Notes: generated by a model not told the origin, from the sequence alone. Positions 10,180 to 18,824 are shown, numbered from the stretch's first letter. The stretch: 34,531 nt of DNA from Methyloceanibacter sp. (GCA_016649675.1 JAENXG010000001.1:1-34531), one strand, 5' to 3'. Numbers and translations: made by a program.

Positions 10180-11049
10180 ATGCCAGAAGTCATCACTACC
10201 GTCCGCACCGTCAAAGATTTAAGGGCCCGCCTCGCCGCCTGGCGCAAAGCGGGCGAGACGGTCGCGCTCGTTCCCACCATGGGCGCGCTCCATGCAGGCC
10301 ATCTCGCCCTCGTCACCCTCGCTAAGAGCAAGGCCGACCGCGTAGTCGTGTCTATCTTCGTGAACCCGATCCAATTCGGCCCGCGCGAGGACTTCACGAC
10401 CTATCCGCGCGACGAGGCCGGCGACCTCGCCAAGCTCGCCAAGGCCGGGGCGCATCTCGTCTATGCCCCCGACCTGGCCGAGATGTACCCCAAGGGCTTC
10501 ACCACCCATGTCAAGGTCGGCGACCTGACCGAGGATCTCTGCGGCTCCGCTCGGCCCAATCATTTCGAGGGCGTCGCCACGGTCGTGACCAAGCTTCTCC
10601 TGCAATCCGCGCCCGACATGGCGGTGTTCGGGGAGAAGGACTACCAGCAGCTCCTGGTCATCAAGCGTCTCGTGCGCGACCTCGACATCCAAGTCGAGAT
10701 CGTCGGCGGCGAGATCGTGCGCGAAGGGGATGGGGTCGCGCTTTCGTCGCGCAATGGTTATCTCTCGCCGGCCGAGCGAAAAATCGCCCCCCTGCTCTAC
10801 CAGACCATCCACGACGTCGCCGCCCATCTCGCGCAAGGCGAGGGCGCGGACGCCGCTTCAGAGGCTGGGCGGTTCAAACTCGAGGCGGCAGGGTTTCGCG
10901 TCGACTATGTGGCCGTACGCGACCCAGACACGCTCGCGCCGCTGTCAGGTCCGGTCAGCCATGCGCGGGTTCTCGCCGCCGTCTATCTCGGCAAGACGCG
11001 CCTGATCGACAACGTCCCCGTGCCGCCGCCTGCCTCTACCAATCGATGA
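10180..11049 (+). CDS. panC: Pantoate--beta-alanine ligase
   Basis: VPTMGALHAGH, FVNPIQF, GEKDYQQ, LSSRN and RLIDN motifs; start at ATG 10180 after GGAGAG. Confidence 0.96.
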   Translation: MPEVITTVRTVKDLRARLAAWRKAGETVALVPTMGALHAGHLALVTLAKSKADRVVVSIFVNPIQFGPREDFTTYPRDEAGDLAKLAKAGAHLVYAPDLAEMYPKGFTTHVKVGDLTEDLCGSARPNHFEGVATVVTKLLLQSAPDMAVFGEKDYQQLLVIKRLVRDLDIQVEIVGGEIVREGDGVALSSRNGYLSPAERKIAPLLYQTIHDVAAHLAQGEGADAASEAGRFKLEAAGFRVDYVAVRDPDTLAPLSGPVSHARVLAAVYLGKTRLIDNVPVPPPASTNR

Positions 11050-11479
11050 GGCGCAGCTCGCGCAACTCCTCGCGCATCCCGCGCGGCAGCTCGTCCTCTG
11101 CGGCGGCGCCGAGCTTGGCGTCTTGCGGGGCATCAGCAGGATTGAGATAACGCCAGCCCTGAAAGGCGCGGCGCGGATGGGCGCGGGTGGGCACGAGTTT
11201 CGCGTCGAGCACGATGCCGCAGCACGCAACGCCGTCGTCCTTCACGTCGGGCCTCAAGTCGACCACGCGCTGGCGCACGAGCACGAAGCCCTTGATCACC
11301 CAATAGAGCGACCCGCCGTCAAGCACGTCGTCGCGCCGCCGCGGTGTCTGCAGGGTGCGGTGGCACAGCTCCGGCGTCTTCCCCGCCCGCTTCAGGCGCG
11401 TGAGTCGCTCGGCCTGCCAATCGGCGAGATCCTTGACCGTGTCCACGCCGACGCAAAGCTTGATGAGATGCACCGTCAT
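11036..11479 (-). CDS. DUF1489 family protein
   Basis: LIKLCVG, GGSLYWVIKG and RAFQGWRYL motifs; 14 bp convergent overlap with panC. Confidence 0.88.
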   Translation of the reverse strand: MTVHLIKLCVGVDTVKDLADWQAERLTRLKRAGKTPELCHRTLQTPRRRDDVLDGGSLYWVIKGFVLVRQRVVDLRPDVKDDGVACCGIVLDAKLVPTRAHPRRAFQGWRYLNPADAPQDAKLGAAAEDELPRGMREELRELRLIDW

Positions 11480-11485
11480 TGCCGA

Positions 11486-12322
11486 TCAATGCGCCATGAA
11501 CAAGGGAATCGCCGCCGCTTCCAGCATGGTCAGCGTCACGCCGCCGAGGATGAACTCCCGCCAGCGGGAATGGTGGAACGCTCCCATCACGATCATGTCG
11601 GCGCCAAGCTCCGTCGCCTGCGACAATAGCTTCTTGCCGAGATCGCCCTCCCCGATCGTCACGCGCAATATTTCGGCGCTCACGCCGTGCCGTTGCAAAT
11701 GCGCCACCATATCCTCTATGGCGGGCTCACGCTCCTCGTCGGAGGGGCCCGCAACCCCGACCAGAAGCACCACGCGCGCAGCCTCTTTCAGAAAAATCAG
11801 CGCATCATTGAACGCACGCGCGGCCTCGGCACTCCCGTCCCAGGCGGCGACGATGGTGCCGTTGAGGGCGATCTTGGCCGGCGCTCCTGGCACGATGATG
11901 ACCGGCCGCCCCGAAGCGAACAGGCAGCGTTCCACCAGCGCGTATTGGCCGATCAGCGGGTCGCCGTCGCGCGGCTGACCCAAAATCGCGATGTCGACAT
12001 GCCGGGCCGAGCAGGCGAAGTCGCGCGGGAACTCATCGCTCACGCCCTGCATCAGCCTGATCTCGGCACTCACGCCTTCGGCTTGCGCACGCGCCTTGAA
12101 GGCTCGCAGCGCCGTCTCGCCTTGCGCCTTCACGCTCCCAAGAATCTGGGTCATGTCGGCGAAGCCCACATCCGCCCCGTACAAAGGCAGCAAGGCGGTG
12201 GGGGCAAAGGCGATGCCGAGGAGATGGGCGCCATGCTCCTTGGCAAGCGCCACGGCGAACTCCACCCGCGCCTTGGTGGCCTCGGCGCCGTCCACATGAA
12301 TGAGGATACCCTTGATGCTCAT
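11486..12322 (-). CDS. Universal stress protein (tandem USP domains)
   Basis: ILIHVDG, SGRPVIIVP, AWDGSAEAARA and IVMGAFHHSRWREFILGGVT; ATG 12322 preceded by GAGGGA. Confidence 0.92.
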   Translation of the reverse strand: MSIKGILIHVDGAEATKARVEFAVALAKEHGAHLLGIAFAPTALLPLYGADVGFADMTQILGSVKAQGETALRAFKARAQAEGVSAEIRLMQGVSDEFPRDFACSARHVDIAILGQPRDGDPLIGQYALVERCLFASGRPVIIVPGAPAKIALNGTIVAAWDGSAEAARAFNDALIFLKEAARVVLLVGVAGPSDEEREPAIEDMVAHLQRHGVSAEILRVTIGEGDLGKKLLSQATELGADMIVMGAFHHSRWREFILGGVTLTMLEAAAIPLFMAH

Positions 12323-12645
12323 CGTTCCCTCGCTGTTGGGGGCTATCTTAGCCATGCGCCTCGCGCCTCCCAAAGGGAGGATTTCGAGTTGTGAACCTCC
12401 CTCGGGAAAGTCGACGCAAGTTGAGCCGCTCCGCGATTCACCTCGGCGGACCGACGCGCAGGCGAGATCGGCGAAACCGGTCGGGCAGCGCCCAGAACGT
12501 GCGATGGTCTAACTGATGCGCGTCAAGTCTTCGACAAAACCAGCGATGCAGTACGTGCGGCGATCGAGCAGGCCAAGCAATAATTCGAACGCGCCGCCGG
12601 TAGCAGAACGAGAGCTCCATGCGCCGGCGGTGACACGAACGGGGG

Positions 12646-12699
12646 CTCCATGCGCAGCCGCTCGTTCTCCCGCTGCAACTGAGAAATCGCCGCTGCTTG
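12646..12699 (-). mobile_element. Short remnant resembling the end of an IS3-family OrfA
   Basis: Translates QAAAISQLQRENERLRME, close to the IS3 OrfA leucine-zipper end (typically EI..L..ENERLRMERDILKK). No OrfB or terminal repeats seen. Confidence 0.5.
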
Positions 12700-12912
12700 A
12701 ACCGCCCAGCTCCTTCTGCAGGCGCGTCCCACCAATTCGGACGAGGGCCATCGTGCTCTCTTCACGCAGCGCTGACTTTGCCGTGAAGCCGCGTGAGGAG
12801 GATGTGCCGCAAGCTTGAAAAGGAGTGACGCAAGCCCTCTTGGATAAGGGCTATAGCCCGCTTGGTGGTTTTGCGCCACGCGTGCCTAGAACTCATGCAC
12901 AAGGAGAGGAAA

Positions 12913-13173
12913 ATGAAGCTCAACCGGAAGTCCGGTGCTAAAATTGCCATGACCGCCGCCGCGCTCATCGTTACCGGCGCGACCCTGATCGGCACGGCCA
13001 CCGCCGAGACCGTGCAGGGGCGCTGCTTCGGCGTCAACGGCTGCCATGGCCAAGGCGCGTGCAAGAGCGCCAAGAATGACTGCAAGGGCAAGAATGCGTG
13101 CAAGGGCCAAGGCTGGCTCATGATGCTCCAGGACGAGTGCTCGCACGCTGGCGGCCAGTGGGAAGCGATCTAG
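12913..13173 (+). CDS. bufA2: Exported six-Cys RiPP precursor, BufA2-type bufferin metallophore
   Basis: RBS AAGGAGAGG; Sec-type signal ending ATA|E; core C-FGVNG-C-HGQGA-C-KSAKND-C-KGKNA-C-KGQGW..E-C; immediately upstream of DUF692. Confidence 0.85.
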   Translation: MKLNRKSGAKIAMTAAALIVTGATLIGTATAETVQGRCFGVNGCHGQGACKSAKNDCKGKNACKGQGWLMMLQDECSHAGGQWEAI

Positions 13174-13195
13174 TTCGCCTCTTAGGCTCTACGAC

Positions 13196-13221
13196 TGGGA
13201 GCCGGCCGTCGCCGGCTCCCA
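13196..13221 (+). other. Intra-operon stem-loop between precursor and MNIO gene
   Basis: Perfect 11-bp stem TGGGAGCCGGC-CGTC-GCCGGCTCCCA with no U-tract. Confidence 0.7.
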
Positions 13222-13242
13222 TACAAGACTAGGGAGCGGGTC

Positions 13243-14112
13243 ATGAACAGCGAGAAGCCGCCTTATCTCGGCTTTGGCTTGGGGCTCAGGCCCCAGCATT
13301 ATCAGGAGATCCTTGAAGGCTCACCTTCCGTCGACTGGTTCGAGGTCATCTCCGAAAACTACATGATCCAAGGCGGCCAGCCTCTGCGCATGCTCGACCT
13401 GATCCGCGAGCGCTACCCGATCGTGATGCACGGCGTGTCGCTCTCCATCGCCTCGACCACTCCCTTCGACATGGACTATCTCAAGGCGCTGAAAGGGCTC
13501 GCCGAGCGGGTCAATCCCAAATGGATCTCGGACCATTTGTGCTGGACCGGCGTGCACGGCGTGAACCTGCACGATCTTCTGCCCATCCCCTACACGCAAG
13601 AAGCGCTCGACCATGTCGTCGACCGCGTCAGCCACGTGCAGGATTTTCTCGGCCGCCGGCTCACGCTCGAGAACGTGTCGAGCTATGTCACCTTCGGGCA
13701 ATCGGAGATGACCGAGTGGGAGTTCGTGAGCGAGGTGGCGAAGCGCGCCGATTGCTGGCTCCTGTTCGACGTCAACAATGTCTATGTGAGCGCCTTCAAC
13801 CACGATTTCTCCACCGACGATTTCCTGCGCGGCGTGCCGCGCGACCGCGTCGTCCAGTTCCATGTGGCCGGCCACAGCCACGAGGAAAGCCACATCATCG
13901 ATACGCACGACCATCCGGTCTGCGACGAGGTGTGGGACTTCTATCGCGAGGCTGTCGCCCATTTCGGCCCGGTGTCGACCATGATCGAGCGTGACGACAA
14001 CATTCCGCCTTTGCCCGAGCTGGTGGATGAGCTTGACCACGCCCGCAGCATCGCCCGAGAGGTGCTCGGCACCAAGGTGCTTGGCGGCAAGCGGCTGGAA
14101 GCGGCGGAATGA
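13243..14112 (+). CDS. bufB: DUF692 multinuclear non-heme iron oxidative enzyme (MNIO), bufferin maturase type
   Basis: GLGLR, ISENY, HGVSLS, SDHLCW, HDLLP, LENVSSY, DVNNVYV, HVAGH, DTHD and IERD metal-ligand motifs. Confidence 0.93.
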   Translation: MNSEKPPYLGFGLGLRPQHYQEILEGSPSVDWFEVISENYMIQGGQPLRMLDLIRERYPIVMHGVSLSIASTTPFDMDYLKALKGLAERVNPKWISDHLCWTGVHGVNLHDLLPIPYTQEALDHVVDRVSHVQDFLGRRLTLENVSSYVTFGQSEMTEWEFVSEVAKRADCWLLFDVNNVYVSAFNHDFSTDDFLRGVPRDRVVQFHVAGHSHEESHIIDTHDHPVCDEVWDFYREAVAHFGPVSTMIERDDNIPPLPELVDELDHARSIAREVLGTKVLGGKRLEAAE

Positions 14113-14891
14113 AAAGCCTCAAAGAGCTGCAAGAGAGTTTCCAGCAAGGCATCCTGGCCGGCGATGACGCGATCCTTGCCGAGGTCAATGACAGCGGCAA
14201 GGAAGAGCGCAAGGTGCTGTTCGGCGTCTATCGCAACGCCTATGTCGTAAGGCTCGCCGAGATCCTCGCCGACGATTACGAGCAGGTGCATGGCTATCTC
14301 GGCGACCAGGGCTTCGCCAGGTTGGTCAAGGCCTATATCGCCGCCAACCCCTCCGATCAGCGCAGCGCGCGTTGGTTCGGACGCCACCTCCCCGCCTTCG
14401 TCAAGAAAAGTGCGGCCTTCGCCAAGCATCCCGAGGTGGCCGAGCTTGCCTCTCTCGAGAAGGCGCTCGCCGACGCCTTTGACGGTCCCGACGCCGAACC
14501 GCTCAGCATCGAAAAGCTTGCCGCGCTTGCCCCGGAAGCCTGGCCACACCTTGTCCTTCAGCCCAATCCAACGGCGATCCGCCTCACCTTCACGACCAAT
14601 GCCGCCGACATCTGGACGGCGCTCAAGAACGAGACGGCGCCGCCGAAACCGCAACATCTGCCCGAGCCGCAAGCCATCGTCGTCTGGCGGCAGGATTTCA
14701 TGGCGCGCTTCAGGCCGCTTTCGCCCGAGGAAGCGATGATGTGGAACGAGGCGGCGAAAGGCGTGCGCTTCGGAGTGCTGTGCGAGATGGTGGCGACCTT
14801 CGCCGGTGAGGACGAGGCCGAGCTCCGCGCCGCGTCCTATCTCAAGGATTGGGTCGACATGGGGATGCTGGCGGGCTTTGCGGCTCACTAG
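14109..14891 (+). CDS. bufC: DUF2063 / HvfC-BufC-type MNIO partner protein
   Basis: ATGA overlap with DUF692; L.ELQ..F, VYRNAY..RL and ELA.LE motifs, C-terminal VVWR. Confidence 0.85.
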   Translation: MKSLKELQESFQQGILAGDDAILAEVNDSGKEERKVLFGVYRNAYVVRLAEILADDYEQVHGYLGDQGFARLVKAYIAANPSDQRSARWFGRHLPAFVKKSAAFAKHPEVAELASLEKALADAFDGPDAEPLSIEKLAALAPEAWPHLVLQPNPTAIRLTFTTNAADIWTALKNETAPPKPQHLPEPQAIVVWRQDFMARFRPLSPEEAMMWNEAAKGVRFGVLCEMVATFAGEDEAELRAASYLKDWVDMGMLAGFAAH

Positions 14892-15741
14892 TCCCGGGGT
14901 GCGCCAGGTCGCAGCCGGCGAGGTAGCGCGGTAGGGGCGCCGGAAACAGCGCATCGCTCCGTCCTCTCAGCCAATAGGCGAGAAGCCCCACCCATTCACG
15001 CGCGGCGACGTCCACCCGGCGCAAGCCTTCCGACACCTTGTCGAAAGGGCGCGCGAGATCGGCCGCCCCCCGCGTCCGATAATCCACCGGCCAGGGCTCG
15101 ACATCGAAGCCCGCCTTGCGGAAGGCCCCCATGGCGCGCGGCATGTGAAAGGCCGAAGTGATCAGGACCCAGCGTTTGCCGGGAGCGAGATCGCCCTGCC
15201 GACTAAGCTCTTTCTTGAGGAAGGCGGCGTTCTCGTAGGTGTCGCGGGCATTTGCTTCGAGGATCAGCCGCTCCTGCGCAACCCCCAGCGCGGTCAGAAG
15301 CGCCTGCGCCCCTGCCGCCTCGCTGTCGGCCTTGTAGAGGATGCCGGCATCGCCCCCCGAAAAAGCGATCTTGGCCTCAGGAAAGCGGCGCGCCAGAATG
15401 GCGGCCTCGACGATGCGCTCGCCGGCCTCATTTAAGGTCGGCGCATGGCGTGCGGTGCCGACGAGCCTGTCCTCGGCGCCACCGAGAAGAATGAAGCCGG
15501 TGGGTGCCGGAGGATCGTCGAGATTTGCCCGCGGGAAGCGATCCTCGAGCGGCAGGATCAAGGCGTTGCCGAGCGGGGAGAGCCCGGCGACGAGCAGGAG
15601 GATCGCGCCGACCGTCACGAAACGCCGTCCCCACCGCGCCCAGCCGGTCCATATCAGAATGGCGCCATAGCCGATGAGAAGCGCGATCAGCGTGGACGGC
15701 TGCAGCAGGAACCACAACACTTTGGCGAGATAGAAGAACAT
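14842..15741 (-). CDS. YdcF/ElyC (DUF218) family membrane protein
   Basis: N-terminal TM helices, LGG, FSGG, EANARDTYENA, LITSAFHMPRA, REWVG; 50 bp convergent overlap with the DUF2063 gene. Confidence 0.9.
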   Translation of the reverse strand: MFFYLAKVLWFLLQPSTLIALLIGYGAILIWTGWARWGRRFVTVGAILLLVAGLSPLGNALILPLEDRFPRANLDDPPAPTGFILLGGAEDRLVGTARHAPTLNEAGERIVEAAILARRFPEAKIAFSGGDAGILYKADSEAAGAQALLTALGVAQERLILEANARDTYENAAFLKKELSRQGDLAPGKRWVLITSAFHMPRAMGAFRKAGFDVEPWPVDYRTRGAADLARPFDKVSEGLRRVDVAAREWVGLLAYWLRGRSDALFPAPLPRYLAGCDLAHPGTSEPQSPPASPCRPNP

Positions 15742-15762
15742 TAGAGGGGGCCCCTTCGCCGC

Positions 15763-17142
15763 CTAGAATAACCACGTTGCGGCAAGGCCGAGAAAGGCGA
15801 AGAAGCCGACCACGTCGGTGACCGTCGTCACGAACACACCGGAGGCAATTGCGGGATCGAGCCCGAGCGCGTCGAGGCCGAGCGGGATGAGAATGCCGGC
15901 CAGAGCGGCCGCGACAAGATTGACGATCATGGCGACCCCGATCACGAGACCGAGCTGATCGCTGCCGAACCAGAAATAGACGATCGCCCCCATGATCACG
16001 GCAAAGAGCAGCCCGTTGAGGACACCGACCGCCGTCTCTCTGCCGATGACCCGGATCGCATTGGCGGCGCCGAGATCCTGCGTGGCGAGCGCCCGCACCG
16101 CGACTGTCATGGTCTGCGTCCCGGCATTGCCGCCCATCGAGGCGACGATGGGCATCAGCACGGCCAGCGCCACCATCTGCTCGATGGTAGCGTCGAACAG
16201 GCTGATCACCGCCGAGGCGAGAATGGCAGTGGCAAGGTTGGCGAGCAACCAGGTGAAGCGGAGCCGCGTCGTCTGCCACACCGAGTCGCTGACCGACTCT
16301 CCGGCCACGCCACCCATTCTCAGAATATCCTCAGACGCCTCTTCCTGCACGACCTCGACGACGTCGTCGGCGGTGATCACTCCGACCAGCCGCCGATCGG
16401 CATCGACCACCGGCGCCGAGGTCAGATTGTAGCGCTCGAACTGGCGCGCGGCCGCCTCCTGGTCGGCCTCGACATCGATCGGGTGGATATCGCGGTCGGT
16501 GATGGACTCGACGGTCCCCGTCCGCTTGGAGCGCAGCAGGCGATTGAGCGCGACCGAGCCGATCAGGTGATAGGCCGGATCGACCACGAACACTTCGTAG
16601 AAGCGGTTGGGAAGGTCGTCGGCCTCGCTCATATAGTCGATCGTCTGCCCCACCGACCAGAATGGCGGCACGGCGATGAGATCGGTCTGCATGATGCGGC
16701 CGGCGGAGTCCTCGGGATATTCGAGGCTCCGCTCGAGCGCTGCGCGCTCGAAGGACGGAAGCTTGGCGAGGATGTCGGACTGGTCTTGCTTGTCGAGGTC
16801 CTCGATCAGATAGACCGCCTCGTCGGAGTCGAGCTGCTGCAGGGCCTCGGCCACCTGCTGCGTCGGCATGGCCTCGATCACCTGATCGCGCACAGACTCG
16901 TCGAGCTCGGACAGCGCGCCGGTCTTGAAGTCATCGCCGAGCGCGTCGATGAGGAGCCCGCGCTGCTCGGGCCGGAGCAGCTGGATCAGGTCGGCGAGGT
17001 CGGCTTCGTGCAGCTTGAGCGTAAGCTCGCGCGCCTTAGAGGCGTCGTTCTCATCGAGCGCGGTCGTGACGGCATGCAGGAAATCGGAGCGAATGCTCCC
17101 TTCCTCGTCGCGCAGCTCGACCTCGCCTGCGGCGTCCTGCAT
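15763..17142 (-). CDS. mgtE: Magnesium transporter MgtE
   Basis: HEADLA N-domain, YPEDSAGRIM, CBS pair, MGGNAGTQ and DPAIASG..VTTVTD. Start at ATG 17142 or TTG 17175. Confidence 0.95.
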   Translation of the reverse strand: MQDAAGEVELRDEEGSIRSDFLHAVTTALDENDASKARELTLKLHEADLADLIQLLRPEQRGLLIDALGDDFKTGALSELDESVRDQVIEAMPTQQVAEALQQLDSDEAVYLIEDLDKQDQSDILAKLPSFERAALERSLEYPEDSAGRIMQTDLIAVPPFWSVGQTIDYMSEADDLPNRFYEVFVVDPAYHLIGSVALNRLLRSKRTGTVESITDRDIHPIDVEADQEAAARQFERYNLTSAPVVDADRRLVGVITADDVVEVVQEEASEDILRMGGVAGESVSDSVWQTTRLRFTWLLANLATAILASAVISLFDATIEQMVALAVLMPIVASMGGNAGTQTMTVAVRALATQDLGAANAIRVIGRETAVGVLNGLLFAVIMGAIVYFWFGSDQLGLVIGVAMIVNLVAAALAGILIPLGLDALGLDPAIASGVFVTTVTDVVGFFAFLGLAATWLF

Positions 17143-17336
17143 GGCTTGTCCGAATCGCCGGGTTGAAAGCTTCAAGCGGGATTGGCCGCGACCCAGAAGC
17201 AGGAATCGGACGCCGTGGATACGGGCGGATTGCCGCTTCCGGCCTGCGACAACAGGCGCGGCCTGAACGTCACTAGACGCTTGTTGCCGCGGAATTTCCA
17301 GCCAAAAATGGCACTGCGGCTTGGGAGAGCCAAAAG

Positions 17337-17767
17337 TTGTGGGGACCCTTAAATCTCTCGCTTGCGGCGGGCTTAGCGTTCCTCCTCGTCGCCGCCTTGA
17401 CGGTGCATGCGAGCCCCGAACCGGTGAGCTGTCCGGGCAACCCTGAGGCGCTCGGCGTCTCGCGCGTCATCGAGATCGATCCGGCGGGCGGGCCTCGTAT
17501 CGGCACCTATCAATATCCGGCCACGCTTGCCCTTGGATGAACATCAACGCCGCGGCCATCGTGAAGCGGGCGCTCGCCCGGCTCCAGCAAAAGGGCAAGG
17601 GGATCTTGCTGCTCCACGACCGCAAGGCTTCGACGGCGAAAGCCTTGCCGATCCTCCTCGACAAGCTGAAGGAGCGCGGCTACCGCGTCGTGCAGATTGT
17701 GCCGAAAGCTGCAGGCATCGCCGCGCTCAAAGAGCCGGTCGTCCCTCAGGAACTGCCGACGCCTTAG
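17337..17767 (+). pseudogene. Polysaccharide deacetylase (CE4/NodB) with internal deletion and frameshift
   Basis: N-terminal piece (signal, CPGNPEALGVSR...QYPATLAL) joins out of frame to a C-terminal piece (W-MNI...GILLLHD...LP.LL..LK.RGY). The TFDDG, HS..H and FR.P motifs are absent. Confidence 0.85.
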
Positions 17768-17867
17768 AGCATGATCCGGAAAAGTGGGAACCGGTTTTCC
17801 GAAAAGATCCTGCTCAAACAAAAAGCTAGAGCGCTGTCGCGATTCAATCAGCGATAGCGCGCTCTAG
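17765..17867. repeat. RIME/Bru-RS-like palindromic intergenic element (about 103 bp)
   Basis: TAGAGCATGATCCGGAAAAGTGGGAACCGGTTTTCCGAAAAGATCCTGCTCAAACAAAAAGCTAGAGCG...CGCTCTAG: two hairpins bounded by (C)TAG. Partial second copy at 18790. Confidence 0.8.
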
Positions 17868-17885
17868 CCGCAATGGAAGGAAAGT

Positions 17886-17971
17886 TGGTGCGGTCGAGAG
17901 GAATTGAACCTCCACGGGCTAAGCCCACAGCGCCCTCAACGCTGCGCGTCTACCGTTTCCGCCACGACCGC
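17886..17971 (-). tRNA. tRNA-Leu(GAG)
   Basis: 86 nt cloverleaf: acceptor GCGGTCG/CGACCGC, anticodon arm CAGCG-TTGAGGG-CGCTG, long variable arm, GGTTCAATTCC T-arm, encoded CCA. Confidence 0.96.
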
Positions 17972-18132
17972 TAAAGCGAGGAATCCCGAAGCTTTCTGCT
18001 CCGGATATGGCTATAGGCTACCCCCTCGGCAAGCGCGGGGCCTGCTGCCTTAGCAAACCTGCCTCTAGGGTGCAAGGTAAGCCTTCGGGCCGGTCGGCTT
18101 GCGGCAGGCACCAGCGGCAAAGAGTATACGGC

Positions 18133-18792
18133 ATGGGAGAGCACGGCTTGCGCATGGCGCCTCCACCTGCCCCGGCAAGGGGCGGGGTGGAATGGCTCCA
18201 AAGCGGCGCGCCCGTTCCCTACCCTGAGGCGGTCGCTGCGATGGACGCGCGGGCCCGAGCCGTCGCCCTCGGAGAAGCATCCGAATGCGTCTGGCTGCTG
18301 GAGCACCCTGCCATCTACACCGCCGGAACGAGCGCCGCCGAGGAGGAGCTGCTTGCACCTTCCCGGTTTCCGGTCTTCAGAACCGGCCGCGGCGGGCGCT
18401 TCACCTATCACGGCCCAGGCCAGCGCGTGGCCTATGTGATGCTCGACCTGTCGGCGCGCGGGCGCGACGTCAGGGCCTTCGTCGTTTCGCTCGAAGACTG
18501 GCTGATCGGCACTCTTGCGCGTCTCGGTGTCAAGGGCCAGCGCATGGATGGCCAGATCGGCGTCTTCGTTCAGGGGGCGAAGATCGCGAGCATCGGGGTG
18601 CGCGTGCGAAGCTGGGTGAGCCTGCACGGCGTGAGCCTCAACGTTGCTCCCGACCTCGAGCACTTCGCCGGCATCGTGCCGTGCGGGCTCTCCACGCCGG
18701 TGACGAGCGTTGCCGCGCTCGGTGGAGAGACGGACAGGGCCCGCGTCGATCAAGCCCTTCGCGCCGCCTTCGCGGAGGTGTTTGGCGCGTAG
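18133..18792 (+). CDS. lipB: Lipoyl(octanoyl) transferase
   Basis: [36 protein letters not shown] and IVPCG. Start at ATG 18133 or 18154. Confidence 0.95.
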   Translation: MGEHGLRMAPPPAPARGGVEWLQSGAPVPYPEAVAAMDARARAVALGEASECVWLLEHPAIYTAGTSAAEEELLAPSRFPVFRTGRGGRFTYHGPGQRVAYVMLDLSARGRDVRAFVVSLEDWLIGTLARLGVKGQRMDGQIGVFVQGAKIASIGVRVRSWVSLHGVSLNVAPDLEHFAGIVPCGLSTPVTSVAALGGETDRARVDQALRAAFAEVFGA

Positions 18793-18823
18793 AGCGTGAT
18801 CCGGAAAAGTGGGAAAAAGCTAG
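18790..18823. repeat. Internally deleted copy of the 17765 element
   Basis: TAGAGCGTGATCCGGAAAAGTGGG joined to AAAAAGCTAG, matching both ends of the first half of the 17765 element. Confidence 0.75.
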
Positions 18824-18824
18824 A

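Noticed and set aside
12461-12583. Plus-strand frame ending DARQVFDKTSDAVRAAIEQAKQ*
   Set aside because: Looks protein-like, but has no convincing start or RBS and no family I can name; needs BLASTx.
17886-17910. tRNA-Leu 3' end as an integration site
   Set aside because: No integrase in the window and no duplicate of the tRNA 3' end seen by eye.
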